Source: an uncultured Planctomycetota bacterium (GTDB lineage: Bacteria > Planctomycetota > Planctomycetia > Isosphaerales > Isosphaeraceae). From it: 64,000 bases of DNA. This document shows positions 43,268 through 54,573 of this stretch, one piece after another (the first letter of the stretch is position 1; every line of letters begins with the position of its first letter). Where the stretch lies: assembly GCA_963823665.1 (NCBI GenBank), contig CAWGMQ010000007.1, positions 704,001 through 768,000 on the forward strand. Direction: 5' to 3'. The notes beneath the pieces are model-generated. The model was given only the letters and a program-made list of their open reading frames with translations, was not told the origin of the DNA and did not search any database. Position numbers and translations under genes: made by a program.

Positions 43268-45759
43268 ATGCGCGGAAAGCTTTTCGCGCTGGCCCTATTC
43301 GGGCTGGCGTGGTCGACCACGGTGCGCGCGGATGGTCTGCTGATCCCGACGGAGCAGGGACTTCCTCCGCTTCGTCTCGCCTACCAGCGCGTCGAAGTTG
43401 CGATCGTCGGCCAGGTCGCCACCACCAAGGTGGAGCAATGTTATCGCAATACCACCGACCGCGACCTCGAAGCCGACTACATTTTCCCGCTGCCCGCAGG
43501 CGCCTCGGTTCGCGACTTCTCGATGTGGGTTTCAGGCAAGCGATTCAAAGGCGAGGCCGTTGACGCCAAGGCTGCCCGGCAGACTTACGAAGACATCGTT
43601 CGCCGCTTGCAGGATCCCGGCCTGCTCGAATACATCGGCCGCGACCTCTGGAAAGTGCGCATTTACCCCGTCCCGCGCCGCGGCGAGCAGAAGATCGAGA
43701 TCACGTACACGTCGATCCTACCGGCCGAAGGCGACATGATCTCGTATCAATACCTGCTCCGCACCGGCCAGACGGTTCGCACCACCGAGAAGGACTTCAC
43801 AATGGTGGTGCGCATCAAGAGTGAGGCCCCCCTCGGGCCGATCTACAGCCCCAGCCACGACGTCGAGCTCGTCCGTCGCGGCGATCGCGAAGCAGTCGTC
43901 AGCTTCGAGAAGACCAGATGCCAGCTTGACAAAGACTTTCAGCTCTACTTCACGCCGAAGGCCGAGCGGGTCGGCTTTTCGTTGTTGACCCAGCGAGAGT
44001 CGCCCGGCGAGCGCGGCTATTTCCTGCTCTTGATCAGTCCCAGCGATCTGGAGACGGCGAAGCCTGCCCCCGCGACCTGGTGCTCGTGGTCGATACATCG
44101 TCGAGCATGGAAGGCGAAAAGCTGCGGCAGGCCAAGGCCGCGTTGAAGCACACGTTAAGCTCGCTCAAACCTTTTGACCGCTTCGCGCTGGTCTCGTTCG
44201 CCTCCACGCCGGTCACATTCCGCGAAGAGCTGTCGCCGGCTGATGAAGACGACCTGCTCGCCGCAGGATCCTGGGTCGACAAGCTCGAGCCCGCCGGCGG
44301 CACCGACATCTCCGCTGCGCTCGAAGCCGCACTCGCCATTCGAACCGCTCAACAGCCCAACCGAAGCCTCCAGATCGTCTTCTTGACCGACGGTTTGCCA
44401 ACCGTCGGCCTCAAGGAGACGCCTGAAATCCTCAAAATCCTCGATCGGCGCGACCGTCGCGGAATCCGCATTTACACCTTCGGCGTCGGCGACGACGTCG
44501 ATGCACACCTCCTCGACCTGCTGGCCGAGAAGACAAGTGCGTGCAGCACCTATGTGCGGCCGGGCGAGGATATCGAAGCAAAGGTTTCCGCTTTTTCGCA
44601 GAAGATCGGCCGCCCCGCACGCACCGACTTGAAGCTCGCAATCAGCGGCGGGCCGCATCTCGTCGAGATGTTTCCCCCCCGCCTTCCGGACCTCTTCCAG
44701 GGCGAGCAGCTCCAGATCGCCGGCCGATATGAAGGCCACGGCCCCGCAACCCTTACACTCAAAGGGCAGTCTGGAGACCTTAGATTCTCGGAGACGTTCC
44801 AAACCGACTTCCCCGAGACAGCCTCCGACCACAACTTCGTCGCCCCGATCTGGGCCAGGCGCAAGGTCGGCTATCTCCTCGACCAGGTTCGCTTGAATGG
44901 TGAGTCGGCCGAGGTCAAGCACGAGCTGGTGAAGCTCGCGCACGATTACGCGATCGCCACTCCCTACACGAGCATCCTCGTTGTCCCCGAGTCAGCAGCC
45001 GGTGCGCAAACCGGCCCCCGCCGGGCCCCGTTCCGCAGACGCTACCCTCGGTCTCCGTCGCTACCGCTCAACGGCGGCGGCTTGGGCGGAGGGATGATGG
45101 GCGGCGGCGGCATGGCCGGCATGGGAGGCGCGGGTGGCATGAGAGGTGCCATGGCCGGCATGGGAGGCATGGGCGGAGGCATGGGCGGAGGATTCGGAGG
45201 AATGCCGAGCATGGGCGGCGGCATGGGAGGCAATGGCGGGGGGACCACTCGCGCGAGGCCAGCGCGTGGTCGCGCTCTCGAATCGTTGCCCGAACGGGAG
45301 TCCGTCGGCGCACCCGACTCCGAGAATCCGGCCGCCGGCTCAAATTCGATCGCCGGTCTCTCGTCGAGCGGCAAGGACGCAGTCGACCTCGCCGAGCGAG
45401 TTGCCGATTTGAAAACGGGCGCGAGGCCCGAAGCCGCCACGACAGCACGTACGGTCGCCGGCCGGCGATTCAAGAAAATCGGCGAGACCTGGGTCGATCA
45501 GACGTTCAAGTCCTCGATGCCCACCCTGCGATTGCGTGCTCTGGGCAAAGCCTACTTTCAGCTCCTGGCAGACCATCCAGAGCTCAGCGCGATCTTCGCT
45601 CTCGGCACTCGAATAACCTGGGTCAGCCCGAGCGGCACTGCGCTCGTGATCGACAAGCAAGGCTCGGACAATCCGTCCGACGCCGCGCTCAATCATCTAT
45701 TTGAGCGTCAGAAAACACGCAGCACGAAGCCGCCGGAAGAGCGTCCTTCGTCACCATAA
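43268..45759 (+). CDS. Secreted VIT + von Willebrand factor A domain protein (frameshift ~44068)
   Basis: Signal peptide; YIFPLPAGASV, DPGLLEY; DTSSSM, GGTDI, FLTDG, FGVG MIDAS motifs; Gly/Met-rich linker. Confidence 0.88.
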
Positions 45760-45941
45760 GCCGCGGCAAGAAATGCTTGAGCGATGCGCCAATCACCAGC
45801 CCAACGTGTGAGCTGTGATGTCGCGCCGTAACGCATCGCGAACGCAAAACAGCGGTGAACACGCACATGGGTGCGTGGTTCGGACGGGACGTACGTCCTC
45901 CAGCCTCGGGCGCAAGCCCGATCCTCGTCGGTGGGTCGCAC

Positions 45942-46420
45942 CCGAAGTAGGTCAGGCTTTCAGTCTGACGATTCGACCACACGAACCCTGGCGCGATCAC
46001 CGAGCCCACCCGCGAACCAGCGCCCGCCTCATTTGTGAGAAGCGTTGAAATTCTCCCCCCGGGCTGTTCCCTTTCCGCGGAGATTCTCCTGATATCATGG
46101 AAACTTGTCTCGAGCCATTTCCGATCGCCGAGCCGTCGTGTGACATCTATTGATGCGGAGTTGAGCACCGCGTCGAGGCAACCCCAATGAATGAACAGTG
46201 AGTTGTGGCGTTGTGCATGGGCGCCGCCTTTCTCATCATTGGGTGGTTCCTTACGACCAATGTCAAATTTGCTCTCTGGGGCCTGAGCTACGGTCGTGGG
46301 AAAATGTGGGTGCGGATGCTGGGGCAGGATCGGGCCCTGGCACTGACGCGGTACTTTTTCGGACCCCTCAGCATGCCCCTCGGGTTGGTTGGGCTGATCC
46401 TGGGCATTGTCGGCAGGTAG
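45942..46420 (+). repeat. Copy 1 of ~480-bp direct duplication (REP + small membrane protein gene)
   Basis: Colinear with 51252-51727; starts with REP gtaggtcaggctttcagtctgac (45947-45969). Confidence 0.9.
46187..46420 (+). pseudogene. Small membrane protein copy with nonsense codon 5 (or restart at 46205/46217)
   Basis: ATG AAT GAA CAG TGA here versus ATG AAT GAA CAG CGA at 51494. Confidence 0.65.
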
Positions 46421-46440
46421 GAGTGAACAGTGAAGCGCCG

Positions 46441-46650
46441 ATTCACGCCGAGAGGCAGCAAGATCGATTTCATCATGACCCGTCCTGAACACTGGAATGC
46501 CCGCCAGCTCGAGCGCCGTCGACGCGTCCGACTCCAATCCGGGCATGGGGAGTTCGACATCTGGGTAGCTGCTCCGGAAGATGTCATCCTCGGCAAACTT
46601 TGGTATTACTCCGAGGGCGGCGGTGATCGGCATCTGCGCGATATCGCCGC
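46441..46650 (+). pseudogene. Central fragment of a nucleotidyltransferase (DUF6036-like)
   Basis: KIDFIM...QLERRRRV...APEDVILGKLWYYSEGGGDRHLRDIA; the last ~40 nt match 52205-52245. Confidence 0.65.
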
Positions 46651-46695
46651 CGCACCAGCGGATCAGATCGCTCTGCAGGCCAGACTGGCAGCGGA

Positions 46696-47124
46696 CTACG
46701 GCCCGAACCATCCGGGCCCGAAGCCGCGCCAGGAAGTCCCGCAAAAGGGACAGCTTTGCCCCACGCCCGCGTAGGGTGAAATGAGCGCGCGGCACCGCGA
46801 ACAGTGATTCCAGGTTCCTGTCCGTTGGCTCTCGAAGAGGAAGGATTGGTACAGGGCCTGCATCTGCTGCATCCGCAAAGCTCCCATGAACTGCATGCGC
46901 TCGAACATCACTGCATCTTCGATCATGTGCTCAACCATCATCCGTCGTCCCTCGGCCAGGGCGTGGAGCCGAGCCTTACGCTCTTTACGGTTTCTGATGG
47001 TGTCTTGAGCGGCCGCCGTCCATTCGGGGCTATCTGCGGCTCGACTCGGCGGGGGGAGAGCGACCGCGCCGATCACCACGATGCCGGCAAGACCTGCGAC
47101 GAACAAAAATCGTTTCAATGACAT
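46696..47124 (-). CDS. Hypothetical exported protein with C-terminal CxxC...CPxC motif
   Basis: GAGGTG RBS; signal-peptide-like N-terminus; HCSRC...CPFCG. Confidence 0.6.
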   Translation of the reverse strand: MSLKRFLFVAGLAGIVVIGAVALPPPSRAADSPEWTAAAQDTIRNRKERKARLHALAEGRRMMVEHMIEDAVMFERMQFMGALRMQQMQALYQSFLFESQRTGTWNHCSRCRALISPYAGVGQSCPFCGTSWRGFGPGWFGP

Positions 47125-47206
47125 CGATTCACCTCACTTGGATGATGTTGTGGATCGCTCACACTTCAGATCACCTCTATCTCTACAAGGAGGGGAAGCG
47201 GTTTGA

Positions 47207-47244
47207 GCCCGACAAAAACGACTCGAAAAGATTTTTTGTCGGGC
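47207..47244. promoter_or_regulatory. 12-bp inverted repeat between divergent genes; possible paired ECF -35 elements or operator
   Basis: GCCCGACAAAAA-N14-TTTTTGTCGGGC, followed by TTTCGCATGA at ~47256. Confidence 0.5.
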
Positions 47245-47395
47245 GTAGGGCGCCGTTTCGCATGAACTCTATTGAGGGACGCGCGTTTCCCTCCGGGCGG
47301 TTTTTGTGCTGGACTGGTGACGTCGCGCGTTACCATCCGCGATGGGTTCCGAGGTCGGCGGCCGACCCGATCCCACGCATGCAGGGGTGCTGCTC

Positions 47396-47977
47396 ATGAC
47401 AAAGAACGAGGGGTCCGTGACTGGGGATCTGGCCAATCTCCAGGCAGGTGAGGATCCTGCCGCCGCCGCCAGTGCGCTGTGGAACCACGTGTTCGGAAGG
47501 CTCGTCGCCATCGCCGAGCGCATGCTGCGCAACACGCCGCGGGCGGCGAGTGATGGAGAAGACATCGCCTTAAGCGCCTTCAAAAGTCTTTGCGAAGGAG
47601 CGGCGCAGGGCCGATTCACCGACCTGGACAGTCGAGACAATCTCTGGCGCGTGCTTTATACGATCACCCTGCGGAAGGCCCTGTTGCAGAAGTCTCACGA
47701 AACGGCCGGCAAGCGCGACGCCCGCCGGCTGGTCGATGCGGACCTCGATGCGCTCGTGGGCCACGAACCCACGCCCGAAATCACGGCGATCCTACGCGAC
47801 GAGCTGCGGTCGCAGCTCGATATCCTGCGCGACGACACGCTCCGCCAGATCGCCTTGCTGGCGCTGGAAGGCTGGAGCAACGAGGAGATCGCCCTGCGGC
47901 TCGATTGCAGCCTGCGCACTGTCGAACGCAAACGCAACCTGATCCGCACGGCCTGGGGCCGGGAGCAGGCCTCATGA
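47396..47977 (+). CDS. ECF sigma factor (planctomycete kinase-associated type)
   Basis: GSVT, DGEDIALSAFKS, RDNLWRVL, EPTPE, EGWSNEEIA..L.CSLRTVERK. Confidence 0.88.
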   Translation: MTKNEGSVTGDLANLQAGEDPAAAASALWNHVFGRLVAIAERMLRNTPRAASDGEDIALSAFKSLCEGAAQGRFTDLDSRDNLWRVLYTITLRKALLQKSHETAGKRDARRLVDADLDALVGHEPTPEITAILRDELRSQLDILRDDTLRQIALLALEGWSNEEIALRLDCSLRTVERKRNLIRTAWGREQAS

Positions 47978-50900
47978 ACGGGGACGAGGATGCCGGCCTG
48001 TCGTTTTCGGCGCAGGATCGAATCGACCTGGCCTGCGACCGCTTCGAGGCCGCCTGGAAGGCCGGCGACCGGCCCCGGATCGAGGATCATCTCGCCGGCG
48101 CCGACTCCGCCGACAGGGGGACGCTCCTCCGCGAGCTGCTGGTCCTCGAGCTGTTCTGGCGGCGGCGGGCTGGCGAACGGCCCGAACCCGTTGAGTACGC
48201 CCGCCGCTTCCCGGACGGGGATGATCTGGCCGCGATCGTCGCCGTCTTCGTCCGCCACGCCGCGGCACCGGCCCGCTTCAGCAAACCGGAGTTCCTCGCC
48301 GAGGGGGGCCTGGGTAAGGTCTTCACGGCGCATGACGAGGAGCTGGGCCGTGTCGTCGCCCTCAAGGTGATCCGGGATCGCCGGGCCCACGACCCGCAGA
48401 GCCAGGCGCGATTCCGCCGCGAGGCGGAGATCACGGGGCGATTGGAGCACCCGGGGATTGTCGCCGTGTACAGCCTCAACCACGGCGAGGACGGCCGGCC
48501 ATACTACGCGATGCGGCTGATCCGCGGCGAGACGCTCAAGGAGGCCGTGGCGCAATATCACGCACAGGGAGCGTCGGCGGGCGGGGCGCCGGAGAGGTCA
48601 CTGGCGTTCCGGGGCCTGCTGCGGCGCGTGATCGACGTGTGCAACACGGTGGCCTACGCCCACAGCCAGGGGGTGCTGCATCGCGATCTCAAGCCCGAGA
48701 ACGTGATGCTCGGTCGCTACAGTGAGACGATGGTGCTGGACTGGGGCTTGGCGAAGCCGGTCAACTCCTTGGACGACCCCGCCGAGCCGCCGCTGGCGGA
48801 GGCCTCTTTCAGCGATTCGGGAGAGACCCAGCCGGGTTCGCGGATCGGGACGCCGGCGTATATGAGCCCAGAGCAGGCGGCGGGCGATCCCGGCCGGATC
48901 GGCCCGGCAAGTGACATCTACGGCCTGGGGGCCACCTTGTACCATGTGCTGACAGGCCGGTCTCCGTTCGCCGAGGAGCGCGACCTCGCTGCCGTGCTCG
49001 AAAGAGTCCAGGCCGGCGCCTTCGAGTCGCCGCGGGCGGTGCGCGCCGAAATCCCGCGGGCGCTCGAGGCCATCTGCCTGAAAGCGATGGCGCGCCAACC
49101 GGAAGACCGGTATGCCGGCGCCATGGCGCTGGCGGAGGACCTTGAGCATTGGCTGGCGGACGAGCCGGTAACAGCGTGGCGGGAGCCCTGGAGGACGAGG
49201 TCACGGCGGTGGATGCGGCGGCATCGTACGCTGGTGACCAGCACGGCGGCCGTGTTCGTGCTTGGCGTGATGGGGCTCGTGGGCTTCGCGGCTGTGCTAG
49301 CCGGGAAGAACCAAGAGCTAAACCGGCAGCGGGCGCGGGCCGAGGAGCGAGAGGGCCTCGCAATTGACGCGGTAAAGAACTTCGGGGATGCGGTCGCGCA
49401 CAATCCCGATTTGAAGGAACGTCCCGAGCTGGAGGAGCTTCGAAAAACGCTGCTGCAAGGCCCGCTACGGTTCTTCGACCGGCTGCGCGATCAGCTCCAG
49501 GCGGACCGCGACACGCGCCCGGATGCGCTCGTGAAACTTGCGGCCGCGAACGCTCTCCTGGCCCGGACCACGGAGGAGATTGGCAGCATCTCCGACGCGA
49601 TCCGCTCATTATCCGAGGCCATGGCGATCCATGAGCGGCTGGTCCGCGACCATCCCGCCGTCGCCCTTTACCAGCGCGAGCTTGCATCGAGCCACAACAA
49701 CATCGGCAGACTACTGAGCGCGACCCGACCTAAGTCCGAGGCATTGCAGTCGTACCGACGCGCTGGCGCGATTCAGGAACGGCTAGTCCGCGACCATCCT
49801 TCCGTCGCCCTTTACCAGCAAGACCTGGCTTCAAGCCACAACAATATCGGCGTTCTGCTTCGCGACACCGGGCGTCCGACCGAAGCATTGGAGTCGTTTC
49901 GACGAGCGCTCGCGATTCAGGAGCTGCTGGTCCGCAGCGACCCGACCGTCATCGACTACCAGAGCGACCTCGCCAAAACCCACAGCAACATCGGCACCGC
50001 GTGCCGAGCGACGGACGCGCCGGGGAGGCGCTGGAATCGTATCGCAGAGCCCTCCAGGTTCGCGAGCGGTTGGCCCGGGACTACCCGAGCGTTGCCAAGT
50101 ACCGGCAACAAGTGGCCCTCAGCCATTTCTACATCGGCAACTTGCTCTTCGCCAACGGCCCGCCAACCGAGGCACTGGAGGCATACCGCAACGCGCTCGC
50201 GATTCGTGAAAAACTGGCCAGCGACCAACCCACCGTTACCCTGTACCAGAGCGATCTAGCCACAAGTCACAACAATATCGGCATCGTGCTGGATCATCTG
50301 GGACGCAGCGCCGAGGCGTTAGCGTCGCACCGGCGGGCGCTCGAAGTGCGCGAGCGGCTCGCGCGCGACCACCCCGCCGTCATCCAGCATCGGATCGATC
50401 TGGCGGGCAGCCTCAGTAACGTCGCCATCCTGCTGAAGGGCGTGGGCCAATTCGCCGAGGCATTGAAGTCGCACGAATCAGCCCTGGAAATCCGCGAGCG
50501 GCTGGCCCGCGACTACCCCAACGATGCCTCCTACCAGAGCGGTCTGGCGGCGAGTCTCAACAACATCGGCACCCTGCGCCGCGCGACCGGTGCGCCGGCT
50601 GAGGCCCTGCAGTCGTTTCGGAAGGCACTCGAGATTTGCGAGCGGCTGGCCCGCGACCACCCCTCGGCTCACGATTATCAGCGCGCTCTCGGTGAAGCGC
50701 TGGACAATATCGCCAAGATCGAGATCAGCCAAGGCCGGTGGAGAGAAGCCTACGATCGGCTCAACCGGGCGATCGAGCATCAGCGGAGGGCGCTCTCGGC
50801 GATGCCTCGTCATCCGTTCTATCAACACGATTTCCGACTCACCTTGTTCGACCAGGTGAAGGTGCTCCAGGCGCTGAATCAGCCGGTCGAGGCCGTGCTC

Positions 50901-51185
50901 GTGACGCGAGAGGCGGCGGTTCTGGCACGCGGAAATCCGACTGATATGTACAACGTTGCCTGCCTCTTGTCACTGAGCATCCCGCTCACTCGGTCACACG
51001 AGCAGCCAGCCCTGGCAGCCGAGGCGGTGCAGACCTTGAGGGCCGCTGTGGCTGTCGGCTGGCGCGATGCCCGCTACACCGCCCGTGATCCCGACCTGAT
51101 CCCGCTCCGCGAACATGACGATTTTCGTCGAGTGTTGGCCGAGCTGTTCGATCGAGGCTTCCCGCCCAATCCATTCGCCCGCTGA
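47974..51185 (+). CDS. Ser/Thr protein kinase with long TPR repeats (frameshift ~50003)
   Basis: EGGLGKV, HRDLKPEN, DWGLAK, GTPAYMSPEQ; repeated ERL.RDHP....Y...LA.SHNNIG; start overlaps the ECF stop. Confidence 0.9.
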
Positions 51186-51251
51186 CCCAGTGCGGACGCG
51201 TGGGCCTCCAGAATTGATCGGAATCGGCTGGAGCCTCGTGACTCCTCCCGT

Positions 51252-51727
51252 CCGAAGTAGGTCAGGCTGTCAGCCTGACGATTCAACAATAGAACCCCGC
51301 CGCGATCACCGGGCCCACCCGCGAACAAGCGCCGGCCTCATCCGTGAGACGCGTTGAAATCCTCCCCGGATATTCCCTTTCCGCGACGAATGCTCCTGAT
51401 AACATGGAAACTCGTCCCCAGGCATTTCCGATCGCCGAGCCTTTGTATGACATGTATTAATGCAGAATCGAGCATCTCTGCGAGGAAACCCCAATGAATG
51501 AACAGCGAGTTGTGGCGTTGTGCATGGGCGCCGCCTTCCTCATCATCGGGTGGTTCCTTACGACCAATGTCAAATTTGCTCTCTGGGGCCTGAGCTACGG
51601 TCGCGGGAAAATGTGGGTGCGGATGGTAGGGCAGGATCGGGCCTTGGCACTGACGCGATACTTTTTCGGACCCCTCAGCATGCTGCTTGGGCTGGTTGGA
51701 CTGTTCATCGGCATCGTCGGCAGGTGA
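51252..51727 (+). repeat. Copy 2 of ~480-bp direct duplication
   Basis: Colinear with 45942-46420; REP gtaggtcaggctgtcagcctgac at 51257-51279. Confidence 0.9.
51494..51727 (+). CDS. Small 2-TM membrane protein (77 aa)
   Basis: GAGGA RBS; intact copy; many differences from copy 1 are synonymous. Confidence 0.7.
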   Translation: MNEQRVVALCMGAAFLIIGWFLTTNVKFALWGLSYGRGKMWVRMVGQDRALALTRYFFGPLSMLLGLVGLFIGIVGR

Positions 51728-51881
51728 GAATCCCTCGAGCATTGCCACGAACAAGCCGGACGAAGTGAAGAGAATCGATCCGAGCGGGCCAAGTATCCCG
51801 ACGCCGAGCCGTCGGAGAAGAAGTGACCGATTTCGCGCACGCTCGTATAATCGCTAGCGAAGGTCAGTCGGAGAAACTCTG

Positions 51882-52091
51882 GTGGAGCAACTTCGGATTG
51901 AAGTGATCGATCGCGCCTATGCGGCCATTCTTGCGGCCAAGACGCCGGCAGAGCGCGCTTGGATGATCGAAGACTGCAATCGCACGGCCAGAGTCGTACT
52001 CGCCGCAGGCGAACGCATGCGCCATCCCGATTGGTCTCGAGAGGATGTCTCGCTCGCGGTTTCACGGAGGATCCTTGATGGAGCAGATTGA
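51882..52091 (+). CDS. Small putative antitoxin-like partner of nucleotidyltransferase
   Basis: ILAAKTPAER...RMRHPDWS..V...VSRR; overlaps the start of the NTase gene. Confidence 0.6.
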   Translation: MEQLRIEVIDRAYAAILAAKTPAERAWMIEDCNRTARVVLAAGERMRHPDWSREDVSLAVSRRILDGAD

Positions 52092-52390
52092 CCTGGTTCG
52101 AAATGCCGTGCAAACGCTTGAGCGATTGGCGATTCCCTACGCTCTTGTCGGCTCCTGGGGTAGCGGCATCTACGGCGAGCCACGATTCACGCGAGACATC
52201 GAAATACTCCGAGGGCGGCGGTGATCGGCATTTGCGGGATATCGCAGGGATCTTGCGCGTGACCGGAAACGGTGTTGATCGCGCGGAGGTCGAGAGCTGG
52301 GCAACAAGGCTCGGCTATCTCGAGACTTGGCGGCAAATTGTGGCGAAGGTTGATGCACCTGACGCACCGCCTGGACCTGGGAATCCCTGA
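52078..52390 (+). pseudogene. Nucleotidyltransferase with internal deletion
   Basis: MEQIDL...LERLAIPYALVGSWGSGIYGEPRFTRDIE jumps out of frame to YSEGGGDRHLRDIAGIL...ESWATRLG. Confidence 0.7.
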
Positions 52391-52466
52391 GAGTCCTCGC
52401 CGTTGACTACCGCCGCGTCTCATCTCGCGAGACAATCCATTCCCGTGCCGCCAGATGCTCCACGAC

Positions 52467-53420
52467 TCAATCCCCCTTCTTTTCCACCCCCGGCTTCTTG
52501 AGATACTGATCAAACCAATCCACCAGGAGCGCCGCATCTTTCTCGATGCCAAGCCATCCATGCCCGCCTTTCTTCTTCACCACGAGCTTGGCCGGAACCC
52601 CCACGCTCTCGAGCTTCTTCACAAAGATCTCGGACTGCTGAAGCGGCACGAGCACGTCGGCATCGCCGTGGATGATCATGGTGGGTGGGTCATCCGAGCT
52701 CACGTGCGTGATCGGCGAGATCTGCCGCGTGATCTCGCGCAGCCGCGCGGGATCGGTGATCGGCACCCAGACATTCGTGGCTTTGTCCAGCTCGTGGTAG
52801 TCGAATGCCGGCCGGAAAGGCATGCCGTGATCGGTCGCGTGGAGCATCTCTTTACCCGGCGTGCCGTAGTTGAGCAGGTCTGCCGGCGGGAAGAAACAGG
52901 CGACGGCCTGCACGCGGCTCGACTCGCGATCCACCGGCGTCTTGGCGCTCGGGTCGCCCTGCGTGCCGGCCGTACCGAGCATCAGTGAGAGATGCCCGCC
53001 CGCTGACGCGCCGGTGATTCCAATCCGGGTCCCGTCGATGCCGTATTCCTTGGCGTGGTGGCGAATGAACCGCACCGCTTTGTTGACGTCGTCGATGATT
53101 TCGGGAACCGTGTATTTCGGCTGGCTGCCGTGAACCACGGCGAAAACCGTATACCCGCGGTCGACGAGCAGCCGCGCGAATCCTGCGTTGATCGATTCGT
53201 GCGCGGAACGGAACCCGCCGCTCACCACCAAGACAACCGCCGCGCCGTTCGCCTTCGCTTTGGGCGTGAAGACGTCCATCGTGAGCGCAGTGCCAAATTT
53301 CCGCGCGTAGATCACGTCTTCCTTGCGGTCGAATGCCGGCTCATCGGCTTTGACCAACGAAGTAAGAGCCAGCAGTCCGGCCGAGAGTCCAACGATGATC
53401 GTCCTGTCAGCCCTTGTCAT
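52467..53420 (-). CDS. Secreted alpha/beta hydrolase (esterase/lipase)
   Basis: GASAGG nucleophile elbow, IIHGDADVLVP, GGHGW. Confidence 0.88.
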   Translation of the reverse strand: MTRADRTIIVGLSAGLLALTSLVKADEPAFDRKEDVIYARKFGTALTMDVFTPKAKANGAAVVLVVSGGFRSAHESINAGFARLLVDRGYTVFAVVHGSQPKYTVPEIIDDVNKAVRFIRHHAKEYGIDGTRIGITGASAGGHLSLMLGTAGTQGDPSAKTPVDRESSRVQAVACFFPPADLLNYGTPGKEMLHATDHGMPFRPAFDYHELDKATNVWVPITDPARLREITRQISPITHVSSDDPPTMIIHGDADVLVPLQQSEIFVKKLESVGVPAKLVVKKKGGHGWLGIEKDAALLVDWFDQYLKKPGVEKKGD

Positions 53421-53599
53421 GAACGAATCTCCCGAAACGCGGAATAACGTTAAACATATCGCCTTTGAGCCTCTCATACTGCGAACCCCTCTCGCAAGAC
53501 GCAGGCGCCCGCGCACAGCCTTTACGGATGCGACAATCCCCCCGCCCGCTGCTATAATCTGATCCCGTGAGTTCGAGTGTAAGATTCGGGAGCACGGAT

Positions 53600-54523
53600 A
53601 TGCGGCGAGTTTTGCTGTTCTCACTGGCGGGTCTAATCTCCATAACCGGGATCGGAGTCTCCGCCTCACTCGACGACAAATACATCGCGCAGATCGAAAG
53701 TTGGCGCGCTCAGCGGCTGACCGAGCTGAAAGCTGAAGACGGCTGGCTGTCGGTAACTGGGCTACACTGGCTGCGGCCCGGTGAAACCCGCCTGGGCAGC
53801 GATCCCGCGAGCGACCTCTTGATGCCCGACCGCTTCCCGGCTTTCTTCGGCACGATCAAACGATCGGGCAACAAGGTCGAGTTCCAGCCAGCACCCGGCG
53901 TGAGCGTTACCCGTAACGGCTCACCGTTCGAGGGGGGAGCAATCGCTTCGGATGCGGACGAGCACCCGGACACACTGGCCTCCCTCGGCCTGAAGCTGAT
54001 CCTGCTCAAGCGCGGAGAGCGGTACGCGTTGCGTGTCAAGGATAAAGAGAGCCCGTTGCGCACCGACTTTGCCGGCTTGCGGTGGTATCCGCCGCGAGCC
54101 GATTGGGTCATCCCCGCCACTTTCGTGCCGCACAAGGTTCCGACCAAGATCCGATTCGAGACGATCATCGGTGAGACCGACGAAGTCGAAAGCTGGGGAT
54201 ACGTCACCTTTGAGCGAGATGGAAAGGCTTATCGCCTGGATGCGGCCGGCAAGAAGAATGGAAGGCTCTGGCTCGTGTTCCGGGACCGCACGGGCGGGCG
54301 CACAACTGCCGGCGGTGCTCGCCAGCTCTACGCCGACCCGCCGATCGACGGTCGTGTCGTGCTCGATTTCAACAAGGCCGTCAATCTGCCCTGCGCCTAT
54401 ATCCCGTACGCAACCTGTCCACTCGCACCGCCGCAAAATCGGCTAAGCCTGGCGATCGAGGCCGGCGAGATGAAGTACGAGCCTGGCCGAACCGACGCCT
54501 CGCGGGCCGCATTGCATCCATGA
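53600..54523 (+). CDS. DUF1684 family protein
   Basis: GWLSVTGLHWL, FRDRT, LDFNKAVNLPCAYIPYATCPLAPPQNRL..IEAGE. Confidence 0.88.
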   Translation: MRRVLLFSLAGLISITGIGVSASLDDKYIAQIESWRAQRLTELKAEDGWLSVTGLHWLRPGETRLGSDPASDLLMPDRFPAFFGTIKRSGNKVEFQPAPGVSVTRNGSPFEGGAIASDADEHPDTLASLGLKLILLKRGERYALRVKDKESPLRTDFAGLRWYPPRADWVIPATFVPHKVPTKIRFETIIGETDEVESWGYVTFERDGKAYRLDAAGKKNGRLWLVFRDRTGGRTTAGGARQLYADPPIDGRVVLDFNKAVNLPCAYIPYATCPLAPPQNRLSLAIEAGEMKYEPGRTDASRAALHP

Positions 54524-54573
54524 GCTTTCAGCACGGATTGTACCCCCTTCATTTCGTTCCAGAGGGTGAAAGG

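Noticed and set aside
45942..52390. Composite transposon or prophage
   Set aside because: No transposase, integrase, terminal inverted repeats or phage genes detected.
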